Source of the DNA: Candidatus Nealsonbacteria bacterium CG23_combo_of_CG06-09_8_20_14_all_40_13
GTDB lineage: Bacteria > Patescibacteriota > UBA1384 > UBA12157_A > GCA-002773005
Length of the DNA stretch: 37,309 bases
Assembly (NCBI GenBank): GCA_002771215.1
Contig: PCRM01000039.1
Span: 1-37,309 of the forward strand
Direction of reading: 5' to 3'
Part shown: in pieces, positions 10,787-20,970 of the stretch
How positions within the stretch are numbered: position 1 is the first letter of the stretch
How the letters are laid out: every line of letters begins with the position of its first letter
Made by a program: the position numbers and the translations under genes
The notes under the pieces: generated by a model
What the model saw: only the letters and a program-made list of their open reading frames with translations
Told to the model about the DNA's origin: nothing
Databases searched by the model: none

Positions 10787-12697
10787 TTAGTTTGTTGGCG
10801 CTGGTTGTTCAACTGGGGCCGGTTGGGCGGGAGCTGGCTGTTGGTCGGCTGGCGGATTTTCTGCCGGCACTGGTTCAGCTACTGGACCAGTGCCCCGTTT
10901 GAATTTTGCCCGCCAAGGCACGTATTTGGAAACAAAAGTTTTTTTATGGAGGATTTGGCCATTTTTGGTGACAGTCCAGTTAAAGGAGGCTGTGGCGCCG
11001 GCGACTGCTCTTTCAACTTGTCGGACTTCACCGGCTGGCAAAGAGGGGTCATCAATATACACTGGCTCGCCGGGTGAACGATAGTCATATATAGATGGGC
11101 CTTGAACTTCCACGTTTCGGCCATCTTTGGTGCCGAAGAACTGAAAAGTCAAGTTTGTTCCCTCAAGTTTAGTGTGGATGAGAATATAATCGGCTGTGTC
11201 ATTTTTAAATTTTAAATCCGGCGCCGGGTCATAAATCGTAGCGTCCATGCCCACCGGTGGCTCATAATATCTGACGCGAAAAGCGTGGGCAGTGCGCTCA
11301 ACAATTTCCAAGCCGGCATAGATAGCCGCTCGAAACATCGTGGTTGAAACTTGGCAAAGCCCGCCGCCTGTTTCAGGGACTAATCTGTCTTCTTTAATAA
11401 CCAATTCCGGCAAAAATCCTCTGGAGGCGGAAACTTCCCCTAAAATTTTCAAAAAAGAAAAAACTTCCCCTGGGGCAATTAAGACGCCTTCAAATAAATT
11501 GGCCCCCACTGTAATATTGTGAATTCGATTTGAGGGGCTACCTTTAAAAGAGGACGTTCCTTCGCCCATTAATTCTTCAATACCTAAGTTATTGATGCTG
11601 GTAAGGGTGATTTTGGGTTTGAGCACTTTGGTGGGCAAATTAATAGTTGTCTTTTTGGCGCTTCCTGACACTGCTTCAGACAATAAACTTAAGGTCTTAT
11701 CCTTATCTAAAGCCAAACCATCTTGCGAGGGCTGGAAAACGCCAACTTTGCCGTCTGTCACCCGTAATTTGGCGTCTACCGCCTCTAAATGTATGTCTTG
11801 CGCCAAGCTTTCAATATAACCTTTAATTTTGGCCGGGTCCACCCCTATTGTGATTAAAGAGATTGATTTTACAGCTTGCGCCGAAACCGCCTCGTTTTGA
11901 GAGGACTCGATTGCCTTTGACGGCGAAAGTTTAATCCACTTGGCAATATCGGCGGCAGAAACAGTGTAGTTGTGGTCATCAGATTTTAGAATAATGGTTT
12001 TATCAATAAAATTTTGGATTTGCGGCCAGGCGGCCTGGATATCTTTTTTGTAAATTTTAGGTTTGTCCACCGCAACGGTCAAACCAATTTTATTTTGTGG
12101 CAGAAGAGTACCAAAAATTTGGGCAATTTGTTGCTCAACCCCTTCGCGGTCATATTTTTTTCCATCTGCTTCAGAGAGAATTGCCAAACTTTCTGTTTTA
12201 AAAACAATGGATGCATCTTTGGCCGGCATATCAACTTCTTGGCTGATTTTATTTAAAAAATCAGTCAATGTTTTCGCTTGCAAGTTATAAACAGCCGCCA
12301 GCTGATGGTCTAAAAAAATGGATAAAAATTGTTCCTTGATACTCTCTAAAAATGAAGGCCGCCGGCCAATCGCATAGAGCGCATCTGCTGTTTTATCTAA
12401 ATCATAGGTCAGGTTTAAATCTTGAGGATTCAACTGCCAGCTTTTATCATCCAAATTCAAAGTGATAACTTGCGCCGATTCTTTGGCAAAATTATCCTTC
12501 AAAATTTGTTTGGCCTCTTCTTTGGTCAGGCCGGCCAAAGACAAAGGGCCGATAAATGTGTTGGGATAAATTTTGTCGGAATAATAAAGACAAAATATAG
12601 CAAATGCCAAAATGATAAGTCCCACAAAAGCGCCGATTAATATGAGCGAGAATTTAAATTTATTCTTAAGTAATATCGCAACTTTTGCTTTGACCAT
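10787..12697 (-). CDS. VanW-family protein with PG-binding (PG_binding_4-like) region
   Basis: N-terminal TM; NRIHNI..APGEVFSF..GGGLCQVSTTMFRA..ERTAH..GMDATIY..DLKFKN; Pro/Ala/Gln-rich tail. Confidence 0.88.
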   Translation of the reverse strand: MVKAKVAILLKNKFKFSLILIGAFVGLIILAFAIFCLYYSDKIYPNTFIGPLSLAGLTKEEAKQILKDNFAKESAQVITLNLDDKSWQLNPQDLNLTYDLDKTADALYAIGRRPSFLESIKEQFLSIFLDHQLAAVYNLQAKTLTDFLNKISQEVDMPAKDASIVFKTESLAILSEADGKKYDREGVEQQIAQIFGTLLPQNKIGLTVAVDKPKIYKKDIQAAWPQIQNFIDKTIILKSDDHNYTVSAADIAKWIKLSPSKAIESSQNEAVSAQAVKSISLITIGVDPAKIKGYIESLAQDIHLEAVDAKLRVTDGKVGVFQPSQDGLALDKDKTLSLLSEAVSGSAKKTTINLPTKVLKPKITLTSINNLGIEELMGEGTSSFKGSPSNRIHNITVGANLFEGVLIAPGEVFSFLKILGEVSASRGFLPELVIKEDRLVPETGGGLCQVSTTMFRAAIYAGLEIVERTAHAFRVRYYEPPVGMDATIYDPAPDLKFKNDTADYILIHTKLEGTNLTFQFFGTKDGRNVEVQGPSIYDYRSPGEPVYIDDPSLPAGEVRQVERAVAGATASFNWTVTKNGQILHKKTFVSKYVPWRAKFKRGTGPVAEPVPAENPPADQQPAPAQPAPVEQPAPTN

Positions 12698-12933
12698 TAA
12701 CTTCCTTTAAAAATTTCATCCAACATGGCTTTAGCTAGATCCTTGGTTCTCTTGGTTTTTTGCTCTGCTGTTAAAAACTCCACATGCAGCACATCGCCTT
12801 CTTTGGCATCTTTGGGAAGAAATTTTTTGTAGATTTCCAATTTTTGTCCATGGCCAAAACTTAAAACAGCAACGCCGTTTTCAAAACGGTCAATCGCACA
12901 AATTAACGGTTCATGATTATTTTTTTTAGCCAT
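12697..12933 (-). CDS. DUF3006-like small protein
   Basis: IDRFENGVAVL...LPKDAKEGDVL. Confidence 0.75.
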   Translation of the reverse strand: MAKKNNHEPLICAIDRFENGVAVLSFGHGQKLEIYKKFLPKDAKEGDVLHVEFLTAEQKTKRTKDLAKAMLDEIFKGS

Positions 12934-12934
12934 T

Positions 12935-14923
12935 TTAGATTATAAATTGAACAATTAAAAGCGCAATGATGTTTAAAATTTTAATCATTGGGTTGATGGC
13001 CGGGCCGGCCGTGTCTTTGTAGGGGTCACCAACCGTGTCGCCGGTCACGGCGGCTTGGTGGGTAAAGGAGCCCTTGCCGCCCAATTTGCCCTCCTCAATG
13101 TATTTTTTGGCGTTGTCCCAGGCGGCGCCGCCGGAAGTCATAGAAATGGCGACAAAAATGCCGGTGATAATGGAGCCGACCAAAAGGCCACCCAGCGCTT
13201 CGGGACCAAGTAGCCAGCCAACTAAAATCGGCGAGAGTACCGGCAGCAGCGCCGGCAAAATCATTTCTTTCTGTGCCGCCGCCGTCACGATAGCTACACA
13301 ACGGCTGTAATCAGGTTTGGCCGTGCCTTCCATAATGCCTTTGAGTTCTTTAAACTGGCGGCGCACTTCCACCACCACCGCGCCGGCCGCTTTGCCGACA
13401 GCCGACATCGCTTTGGAGCCAAAATAGTAGGGCAAAAGACCGCCGATAAATAAGCCAACCAAAACATAAGGGTCGTTCAATTGAAAATTGAAAATTGAAA
13501 ATTGAAAATTCTTTAATTCTTCTGTGTAGACGGAAAAAAGCACCAAGGCGGCCAGACCAGCTGAACCAATCGCGTAGCCCTTGGTCGTGGCTTTAGTAGT
13601 GTTGCCAACGGCGTCTAACAGATCCAAATTACTGCGCACTTGAGCGGGTAAATTAGCCATTTCACAAATGCCGGCGGCGTTGTCGGCAACCGGCCCGTAA
13701 GCATCAATAGCGATAATAATGCCCATCACCGAAAGCATGGCAAAAGCGGCCATTGCCACCCCAAAAATGCCGGCTAAAAGATAGGAAAAAATTACGCCGG
13801 CGCAAATGATTAAAACGGGCCCAGCCGTTGAAGACATAGAGACAGCCAATCCGGTAATAATGTTAGTGCCATGGCCGGTTTGTGAGGCCTGGGCGATAGA
13901 CAAAACCGGTCGGTATTTTTTAGAAGTGAAATAGTCGGTAATTAAAACCAAAAGCCAAGTCACGGCCAAACCGATTAAAGCGGCATAAAATAAATTCGAG
14001 TTTGGTGAGATATCTTTATTTTTTAATATCCACCAAAAGCCAGCAGCCGACAAAATTGCCGAGACAATTAAACCCTTGTAAAATCCAAACATAATATTTT
14101 TGGCGCCTTGAGGAATACTAATAAACCATGAGCCGACAAGGCAAGCTAAAATAGCTATGGCGCCCAAACCAAGCGGCAAAGCAATCATCAGTTGTGTTTT
14201 GAAAATAATTTCTGCCAAAAGCATGGCGGCCACGGTGGTCACCACATAAGTTTCAAATAAATCGGCGGCCATGCCGGCGCAATCACCCACGTTGTCACCC
14301 ACGTTGTCGGCAATCACCGCCGGGTTGCGCGGGTCGTCTTCGGGAATGCCCGCTTCAACTTTGCCAACTAAATCCGCGCCGACATCGGCGGCTTTGGTAA
14401 AAATGCCGCCGCCCAATCGGGCAAAAATGGAAATGAGCGAACCGCCGAAACCCAAGCCAACCAAGGCGTATAGGTTGTGGGTCCATTGATAAAACATTGT
14501 GACAGCCAGCAGTGCCAAGCCGGCCACCAAAAAGCCAGTTACCTGGCCCGATTTGGCGGCAATGAAAAAAGCTTTCTGCTGGCTGCCAACCGCCGCTTGC
14601 GCGCAGCGCACATTAGCTCTGGTGGCGACAGTCATGCCAATTGCGCCGGCTAAAGCCGATAAAAATCCGCCCAGCAAAAATCCCAAAGCAGTGATTAATC
14701 CTAACTTCCACCAAATAATCGCGGCTAAAACTATGGCGATGGCGGCTACAACTTGGTACTGTCTTTTAAGATAAGCCGAAGCGCCTTCCTGAATAGCTTT
14801 GGCTATCTCCTGCATTTTTGCGTTGCCGGCCGGTTGGCGCATAATCCAGAAAATTAGATAAAGACCATAAAGGATGCCAAGAGCCGAAGCACCCAAAGCA
14901 AACCAAAGAAAAGTTTTTTCCAT
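12935..14923 (-). CDS. hppA: Membrane-bound ion-translocating pyrophosphatase (K+-independent signature)
   Basis: [53 protein letters not shown]. Confidence 0.95.
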   Translation of the reverse strand: MEKTFLWFALGASALGILYGLYLIFWIMRQPAGNAKMQEIAKAIQEGASAYLKRQYQVVAAIAIVLAAIIWWKLGLITALGFLLGGFLSALAGAIGMTVATRANVRCAQAAVGSQQKAFFIAAKSGQVTGFLVAGLALLAVTMFYQWTHNLYALVGLGFGGSLISIFARLGGGIFTKAADVGADLVGKVEAGIPEDDPRNPAVIADNVGDNVGDCAGMAADLFETYVVTTVAAMLLAEIIFKTQLMIALPLGLGAIAILACLVGSWFISIPQGAKNIMFGFYKGLIVSAILSAAGFWWILKNKDISPNSNLFYAALIGLAVTWLLVLITDYFTSKKYRPVLSIAQASQTGHGTNIITGLAVSMSSTAGPVLIICAGVIFSYLLAGIFGVAMAAFAMLSVMGIIIAIDAYGPVADNAAGICEMANLPAQVRSNLDLLDAVGNTTKATTKGYAIGSAGLAALVLFSVYTEELKNFQFSIFNFQLNDPYVLVGLFIGGLLPYYFGSKAMSAVGKAAGAVVVEVRRQFKELKGIMEGTAKPDYSRCVAIVTAAAQKEMILPALLPVLSPILVGWLLGPEALGGLLVGSIITGIFVAISMTSGGAAWDNAKKYIEEGKLGGKGSFTHQAAVTGDTVGDPYKDTAGPAINPMIKILNIIALLIVQFII
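13479..13510. repeat. Perfect (AATTGAA)4+AATT tandem repeat inside hppA
   Basis: Read directly; encodes [11 protein letters not shown] on the minus strand. Confidence 0.85.
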
Positions 14924-15055
14924 TTTACTCCTTTAAAAACTTTTGCGGGATTTTGGATTTCCCCTTTAAAATTAAAATACCATATTATAAGATATTTTTA
15001 AACCAACTTTTCATATTAAGTGAGGACTGCAAAAAATACAAGATATCGTTTATGT

Positions 15056-16192
15056 TTATCTGTTGGTTAAAATTTTTTGATAAATATTAAGAGTTTCCTC
15101 TGCCGTTTTTTGGAAAGAATATTTTTTAACCTGCTTGAAGCCGCGGGCGATTAAGCTGTGGCGCAGGTTTTGATTTTCCAGCGCTTCTTTGATTTTGGCC
15201 GCCATATCTTCCGGTTTTTGGGGATTGAAATACAAGGCAGCGCTGCCCAAAATTTCCGGCATGCAGCTGGTGTTGGAGGCGCAGACAGGAGTGCCACAAG
15301 CCATCGCTTCTAAAGGCGGCAGGCCAAAACCCTCGTAAAATGAGGGAAAAATAAAAACAGATGCCGCCGAATACAAAGCCGGCAAATCGTCGTCAGCCAC
15401 AAAACCGGGTAAAATAATGTCTTTTTTGTGCTTGCTGGCTTGGATTTTTTCAGCAATTTCGGGAAAATCGGGATTGGGCTTGCCCGCAATGACAAACTGC
15501 AAACTTTTATAGTATTTTTCATGTAAAATCTCGAAAGCGGCAATCGCCTGCAACAGCCCCTTGTGCGGCCGCCACTGCGAAACAAAAAGAATAAATGGTT
15601 TAGTGATGGCCATTTTTTGCTTAATTTTGTCCTGCTGGAATTTGCTCGCCGACCCAAATGTGTCAGAAGCACCCTCGTAAATAATAGCAATTTTATCTGA
15701 ACTTGCACCATAATATTTAATAATATCTTCTTTGACGCAATGGCTGGCAGTGATGATTTTTTGACTTTTGACAATAGCTGTTTTAAGCACCTTAATGAAA
15801 GCCTGACGAAAGATTTTTGATTGCTGCCGGCGCAGCGCCGGATAAAAAACCATCGTCAAATCATGAATGGTCACCACAAATTTGCCTTGATAAAAAATAG
15901 GCAAATTAAAATTTAAAAAGTGCATCAAATCTAAATTATATTTTCTTAAAATAAAAGGCAGTTTTACTTGTTCGGCTAAAGAGTAATGGGGAATATCGGT
16001 TAAAATTTTTTTTAAATTGGGGGCTTCAAGGTTACATTCTGGTAGATCTTGTTTGGTCAAAAATAAAAAATATTGATTTTGGCTGTCAATTTTTAACATA
16101 TTTTGCACTAATTGTTGGCTGTAGCGGCCAATGCCGCCGGTTTGTCGGCGGTAAAAACGACCGTCCAAGCCAATGTTCCAACTTTGAGCCAT
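15056..16192 (-). CDS. Glycosyltransferase family 4
   Basis: [34 protein letters not shown]. Confidence 0.92.
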   Translation of the reverse strand: MAQSWNIGLDGRFYRRQTGGIGRYSQQLVQNMLKIDSQNQYFLFLTKQDLPECNLEAPNLKKILTDIPHYSLAEQVKLPFILRKYNLDLMHFLNFNLPIFYQGKFVVTIHDLTMVFYPALRRQQSKIFRQAFIKVLKTAIVKSQKIITASHCVKEDIIKYYGASSDKIAIIYEGASDTFGSASKFQQDKIKQKMAITKPFILFVSQWRPHKGLLQAIAAFEILHEKYYKSLQFVIAGKPNPDFPEIAEKIQASKHKKDIILPGFVADDDLPALYSAASVFIFPSFYEGFGLPPLEAMACGTPVCASNTSCMPEILGSAALYFNPQKPEDMAAKIKEALENQNLRHSLIARGFKQVKKYSFQKTAEETLNIYQKILTNR

Positions 16193-16199
16193 CTTTATT

Positions 16200-17285
16200 T
16201 TACTTGGTATATTTTTTAATTAAATCTTTAAAAGTATAATAGGCTGGCTTTTTATCGCCGAGCCACCACTGGCCATCCTGATATTTCAACTTAATTAAAC
16301 CTAAGGATTTTTCATCGCTATCGATTTTATGGGATTCATCAGTCAGGCGGAAGACGAAAAGCCCGGAGAAGACACCGCTGTCATAAATGCGCGGGATAAT
16401 GGTTTGTAAATACTGTACCTGCGCGTCTTCGCCATACAAGCTTCCTTTGAAAGCATTAACTTCTGTCAGCCAAAGTTCTTTTTTAAATGATTTTAATTTT
16501 TCCAAAAGATTATATTCTTGTCCATCGTTTTTAACTTTACTCAAATCCAAATTATCTTTCTGATCCCAGTCCCACCCCAGAATCTCAAATTGTAAACCAT
16601 CACGGATGGCCATGTCAAAAAAACCGATGTGCAGCCAATGGCCATTGGCCACCCTTTTGGCGTGAGGGTCGGCCTTTTTAACACCGTCGGAAAAACCTTT
16701 CAGCCAGGCAATCTCCTTTTGATACAAGTCCAAATTATACGATTCCTCTGTCAGACCCGGCCAACTGGGGTTGACGACGTTGCCAGCCGGCTCGTTGCCT
16801 ATTTGATAATAATTGATTTTCCCTTGGTAATGGCTCACTAATGCTACCGCATCATTGTAACCTATTTGGTAATAATTTTCTTTTTGAAAAAGATTTTGGT
16901 CCTGTGCCACAACCATAACTACCTTTAGATTCTTAGCTAAAATTGCATTGACAACTGTGTCCATATATTCATAATCATCAATCTTTATATAATCAGGCCA
17001 ATCTATTCTTACAGCCGTAATACCCAAATTTTTGGCATCTTGTAAAAGCTGTTCCAAAACGCCTGCATCACGCACATTGGTCGGGGTCGTCATAATACCC
17101 ACGCCCCAAATAAATTTGGGCGCTGGCGCATTGTAAGGGTCTTTTTGACTTAATTGCGTTTGACCGTTTTTTTTGCTGAAAAGATTGGCAATTTTGGCAA
17201 AAGTGATTTTTTTGGAAATAATCAGATTAGTAAGAATGCTTAAAACGAGAATTGTAACGACGAACCAAAAAATTTTTCTGTTCAC
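16200..17285 (-). CDS. Membrane-anchored glycoside hydrolase (GH-A clan-like)
   Basis: N-terminal TM; YQIGNEP acid/base and LWLTE nucleophile-like motifs; GTG start after AGGAGG. Confidence 0.7.
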   Translation of the reverse strand: MNRKIFWFVVTILVLSILTNLIISKKITFAKIANLFSKKNGQTQLSQKDPYNAPAPKFIWGVGIMTTPTNVRDAGVLEQLLQDAKNLGITAVRIDWPDYIKIDDYEYMDTVVNAILAKNLKVVMVVAQDQNLFQKENYYQIGYNDAVALVSHYQGKINYYQIGNEPAGNVVNPSWPGLTEESYNLDLYQKEIAWLKGFSDGVKKADPHAKRVANGHWLHIGFFDMAIRDGLQFEILGWDWDQKDNLDLSKVKNDGQEYNLLEKLKSFKKELWLTEVNAFKGSLYGEDAQVQYLQTIIPRIYDSGVFSGLFVFRLTDESHKIDSDEKSLGLIKLKYQDGQWWLGDKKPAYYTFKDLIKKYTK

Positions 17286-17299
17286 CTATCCTCCTTTTC

Positions 17300-17415
17300 G
17301 TTACCCCGACCCCCACTAAGAGGGCTTCTCACCGAGCCAGAGGCTCTCTGAGCCGGTGGCCGCCCTCTTAGCTCCCCGACGTAACGTCGGGGAGGATCCC
17401 CTCGGACGGGGTAAC
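17300..17415. repeat. 116-bp nested palindromic element
   Basis: Stems 17300-08/17407-15, 17316-25/17362-71, 17372-81/17385-94, plus GAGCC-AGA-GGCTC. Confidence 0.75.
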
Positions 17416-18626
17416 TAATTATTTATTATTTTTTCTGAATTATCAAATGCCATAGCGATAAAAAACAGCGCCCAAAACAATACCGAAAGGTCATTTTTAA
17501 AATAAGGGGTGTCCACTAAACCATAAGCTAAAATAGCCACCATAGCACAGATAGCCGGCCAAAGAAAAACTTCTTTGCGGCTTTGAAAAAATAAATAGAG
17601 CAGCCAAAGGAAAGCAGCCAGGCCCAGCAGACCCAAATTGAGATAAAGCGCCAAATACAAATTATGCGGGCTGTAAGCTTTATCAATAATATAGAGTTGG
17701 TAGCCGGGCTTGTCTTGGAAATTGGCAATAAAATAATTTTGAAAATTGCCAAGGCCAATGCCAAAAATTGGGTGACTTTTGATTATTTGCCAAGACGATT
17801 GCCAAATTTCCCAACGGGTGTTATTGGAAGAGGCGACGCGGCCAGAATGGGCGGAAAAATCTGGCTTAGCTACCTGCCAGAGAAAAAATAAGGCCAAAAC
17901 AACAACTATTGCCGCCGCAATTTTTACCAATTTTGCACTTTGGGTAAATTTACGTTGTAAAAGATAAAAAATTATCGCCAAAAGTCCGGCCAAAACGGCT
18001 AGGATTCCTCCCCGGCTGCCGGAGAAATAGATGGCACCAATCATAATAATTGCACCGCTAAAATAAAACCATTTTTTCCAGCCGGCCGCCGGCATAGCAA
18101 TTCCCAAAGCCAAGACGGCCAGCGGTGCAAGATACAAAGCCAAAAAATTTGGCGAGGCATTTTCTTTGGGAAAAAGACCATAAATGCCCAAAACTCGGCC
18201 GTCCAAAGCGACTTGCCCTGAAATTTTTTGCCCAATTGTGTGCAAACCAACCAATAATCCTGCCGCAATTAGCCCCGTGTACAAGAGATTCAGTTTCGCT
18301 TTAAAATCTCCTCTTTGAAGTCGGTCAAACAAAACCAGCCCAAATAAAATCGGCAGAACTATCCAGCTTTTCAACTGCCCTAAAGCCACTCTTTTCTCTG
18401 GTGAAACCAAAATTCCTATTATTGCCGCAACTGTAAAAATAACTATCGGCAAGAGAATTTTTCCCGGCGGGATTTTGGCGTTTCTCATATAAATTGAACG
18501 GCCTAGCCACCAGAGAAATACAATAATAATTAAGATATCCAACAAGTTAATTGGCAGAAAACCAAGATTAAATCTGATTTGATATACGGGTAATAAAAAC
18601 AAAATAAAAGACAAAAAATATGTCAT
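17415..18626 (-). CDS. O-antigen ligase (Wzy_C) family protein
   Basis: Polytopic; PNFLA, SGSRGG, RWEIW, GIGLGNF, PHNLYL. Confidence 0.88.
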   Translation of the reverse strand: MTYFLSFILFLLPVYQIRFNLGFLPINLLDILIIIVFLWWLGRSIYMRNAKIPPGKILLPIVIFTVAAIIGILVSPEKRVALGQLKSWIVLPILFGLVLFDRLQRGDFKAKLNLLYTGLIAAGLLVGLHTIGQKISGQVALDGRVLGIYGLFPKENASPNFLALYLAPLAVLALGIAMPAAGWKKWFYFSGAIIMIGAIYFSGSRGGILAVLAGLLAIIFYLLQRKFTQSAKLVKIAAAIVVVLALFFLWQVAKPDFSAHSGRVASSNNTRWEIWQSSWQIIKSHPIFGIGLGNFQNYFIANFQDKPGYQLYIIDKAYSPHNLYLALYLNLGLLGLAAFLWLLYLFFQSRKEVFLWPAICAMVAILAYGLVDTPYFKNDLSVLFWALFFIAMAFDNSEKIINN

Positions 18627-18649
18627 TTGATTAAATTATATCATAGAAA

Positions 18650-20077
18650 TTAAACATTTTTTGCTTTGGCAAATATCAAATTTTGCGTGACCACCAACAG
18701 ACCCATTAGAACCCAAATTGCCAAAATGTAGATGGTGGAAAAGGTCACAAATTGGGCTAAAACGCCAACAAAAGCAGCCATCAGCCCCAACATTGTTGCT
18801 TTTAAGAAATTATCTTTCGTTTTGAAATAAGCCATAATTGACCGAACAAACAAAATGATAAAAATTAACATTAAAAATGTTATCCCTAAAATGCCGTTTT
18901 CCGCCAAAGTTTCCAGATATTGATTGTTAACGATTGGCCAGCCGGTGGGGGGAATTTGATTGGGATAGTTTTTCACGTAAGGACCGAAATTGCCTGCACC
19001 AATGCCGAGCAGAGAGTTTTCACGAAAGGCCGTAAAAGCTGAATCGGCTGCTTTTAATCTGGCCACTACGGATTCGCCCCGCGAAAAATCTTCAACTTTG
19101 GCATGGCCTAAAAATTCGTCCAGTGCCTTGGGCGCACTGTAGGACAAAAAAAGATAAACGGCGGCTGAAACAATCATCGCCACTGCCGCAAATTGGATGA
19201 TATTTTTAACTGTGAATATTTTACGCGCTTGGAAAATGGCAAAAGTTAAAAAGAAAAATGCCAGCCCGAGATAGGCGCCCCGCGATAAAGTCAGCACAAA
19301 AACTACTAAAAACAGCAAAATAAGAACAAACAGCCATGGCCTTTTGATAATTTTCACCTTTTGGAAAAAATAAGACAGCGTCAGTCCCAACGGAATAAAC
19401 AAAAAATTAGCAAAATAAAGCGGTTCAAGCGAAGCGGCATGAGGCCGCGGGAAACCAAAAACTATTTTGTTATAACCCGATTTTAAGCCGGTTAAACTCA
19501 ACGGCAGTCCTGCCAAATCGCCAAAAAACTGGTAAAGCGCAAAAATACTGACAATTAAAGAGGTCAAAAATAAAACTAAAACTGCCTTGCGCATTAACTC
19601 TTTTGAGCGGATTAAATTTACGATTAATATGTGGGCTAAAATGACAAAACCCAGAAAAACCACCACCATGGCGGCGCGTTTCAAATCACGGGCAAAAAGT
19701 AAAGTTGCCAAATTGACCAAAAAGAAAAATAAAATGGTAATGCCGGCAGGATTTTTTTGAAAAATCATTTTGCGCTGAGCCAGCATCCAGCAAAGCCAAA
19801 TTAAAAAAGTCAGCCCAATTAAAAAGTGGTTAATGCGGATATTAACCCCGCCAACTTCTACGGAAGGCATCCGTTCAAACGGCAGAAAAAATAATATCAG
19901 CAAAGCGCCAACTGAAGGATTTTTAATTAAGAAAATTGAGACCAGCAGCAAAAAGGGGATTCCCACGACGGCCGCCAGCGCCAGCGTATCGTAGCGCTGC
20001 TGCAGTGCGGGGATTACAAAAGCAAAAATAATCGAGACAATCGCAACCGCTAAAAATGGCAGGATTTTTTTAAACAT
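18650..20077 (-). CDS. O-antigen ligase (Wzy_C) family protein
   Basis: Polytopic; EPLYFANFL, TLSRGA, GIGAGNF, NNQYLETLAENGILG. ATG 20077 overlaps the upstream stop. Confidence 0.85.
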   Translation of the reverse strand: MFKKILPFLAVAIVSIIFAFVIPALQQRYDTLALAAVVGIPFLLLVSIFLIKNPSVGALLILFFLPFERMPSVEVGGVNIRINHFLIGLTFLIWLCWMLAQRKMIFQKNPAGITILFFFLVNLATLLFARDLKRAAMVVVFLGFVILAHILIVNLIRSKELMRKAVLVLFLTSLIVSIFALYQFFGDLAGLPLSLTGLKSGYNKIVFGFPRPHAASLEPLYFANFLFIPLGLTLSYFFQKVKIIKRPWLFVLILLFLVVFVLTLSRGAYLGLAFFFLTFAIFQARKIFTVKNIIQFAAVAMIVSAAVYLFLSYSAPKALDEFLGHAKVEDFSRGESVVARLKAADSAFTAFRENSLLGIGAGNFGPYVKNYPNQIPPTGWPIVNNQYLETLAENGILGITFLMLIFIILFVRSIMAYFKTKDNFLKATMLGLMAAFVGVLAQFVTFSTIYILAIWVLMGLLVVTQNLIFAKAKNV

Positions 20078-20970
20078 TAAATTCTCTTTCCAAAGCGGCC
20101 AAGCAGACCGTCGCGAATGCCAAGATAAGCGCCGGCAACGCGCGGCCATTTGTCTTTTCTTGGCTTTAATATAGCACCAAAAAGATTGTGAAAGAAATTT
20201 TTACCGATTAAATTGGGTAAAAATATTAACCATTGCCACCAACGGCCGTGTTTTTTCATAAATAAAATTTTGTTGCGGCTGTCAAAATAAAGGTGGCGAA
20301 AAGTGCGCACGCCGAAACTGCCGCCGGCCTTGTGAAAGACGATGGCCTTAGGCACGTACAAAATTTTAAAGCCATACTTGAGAAACCGCCAGGATAAATC
20401 GGTGTCTTCGTTGTAAGCAAAAAATTTCTCGTCAAACAAGCCGACTTTTTTTAGACAATCAGCTTTGAGCATCATGGCCGCGCCGGTGGCAAAATTAACC
20501 TCTCGAGAACTTTGTGAATCATCGCTTTTAACGTTGTGAATTGAGCCGCCGAGGATAAAAGAGATTTTGCCACCGGCGTACCAGAGGTTTTTGCCATCGG
20601 GGAAGAATATTTTGGGCACAGCGATGCCGGCTGAAAGATTTTTTTCTAAAGTTTCCTTTAAAATGCCTATCGTTGATTTGGCCACTTGGGTGTCATTATT
20701 TAAAACAAAAATGTAGTCAGCCCCCTTTGCCAAAGCATATTTAATGCCTACATTGTTGCCGGCGGCAAAACCTAAATTGCTTTTGTTTTGTAAAAAATGA
20801 AAATTATTATTTTGGGAAAATTGCTTTTGCAGTTTTAAAGCAGAACCTTCTGTTGAAGCGTTGTCAACCAAAACCACTTGAGAATTGCTCTCTTGCAATA
20901 AGCTTCGCAAACATTTTTGGGTATCTTGAAAATTATTCCAGGATAAAACAACGGTAAAAATTTTAGCCAT
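20077..20970 (-). CDS. Glycosyltransferase family 2 (rhamnosyltransferase-like)
   Basis: VDNAS, NLGFAAGNN, LNND, GAAMM, EDTDL. Confidence 0.9.
   Translation of the reverse strand: MAKIFTVVLSWNNFQDTQKCLRSLLQESNSQVVLVDNASTEGSALKLQKQFSQNNNFHFLQNKSNLGFAAGNNVGIKYALAKGADYIFVLNNDTQVAKSTIGILKETLEKNLSAGIAVPKIFFPDGKNLWYAGGKISFILGGSIHNVKSDDSQSSREVNFATGAAMMLKADCLKKVGLFDEKFFAYNEDTDLSWRFLKYGFKILYVPKAIVFHKAGGSFGVRTFRHLYFDSRNKILFMKKHGRWWQWLIFLPNLIGKNFFHNLFGAILKPRKDKWPRVAGAYLGIRDGLLGRFGKRI

Noticed and set aside
20078..20149. N-terminal extensions in the ORF track (ligase 20149, groEL 4478, rmlD 30155, GT 25937)
   Set aside because: Downstream ATGs have better RBS or coupling and family-typical N-termini.
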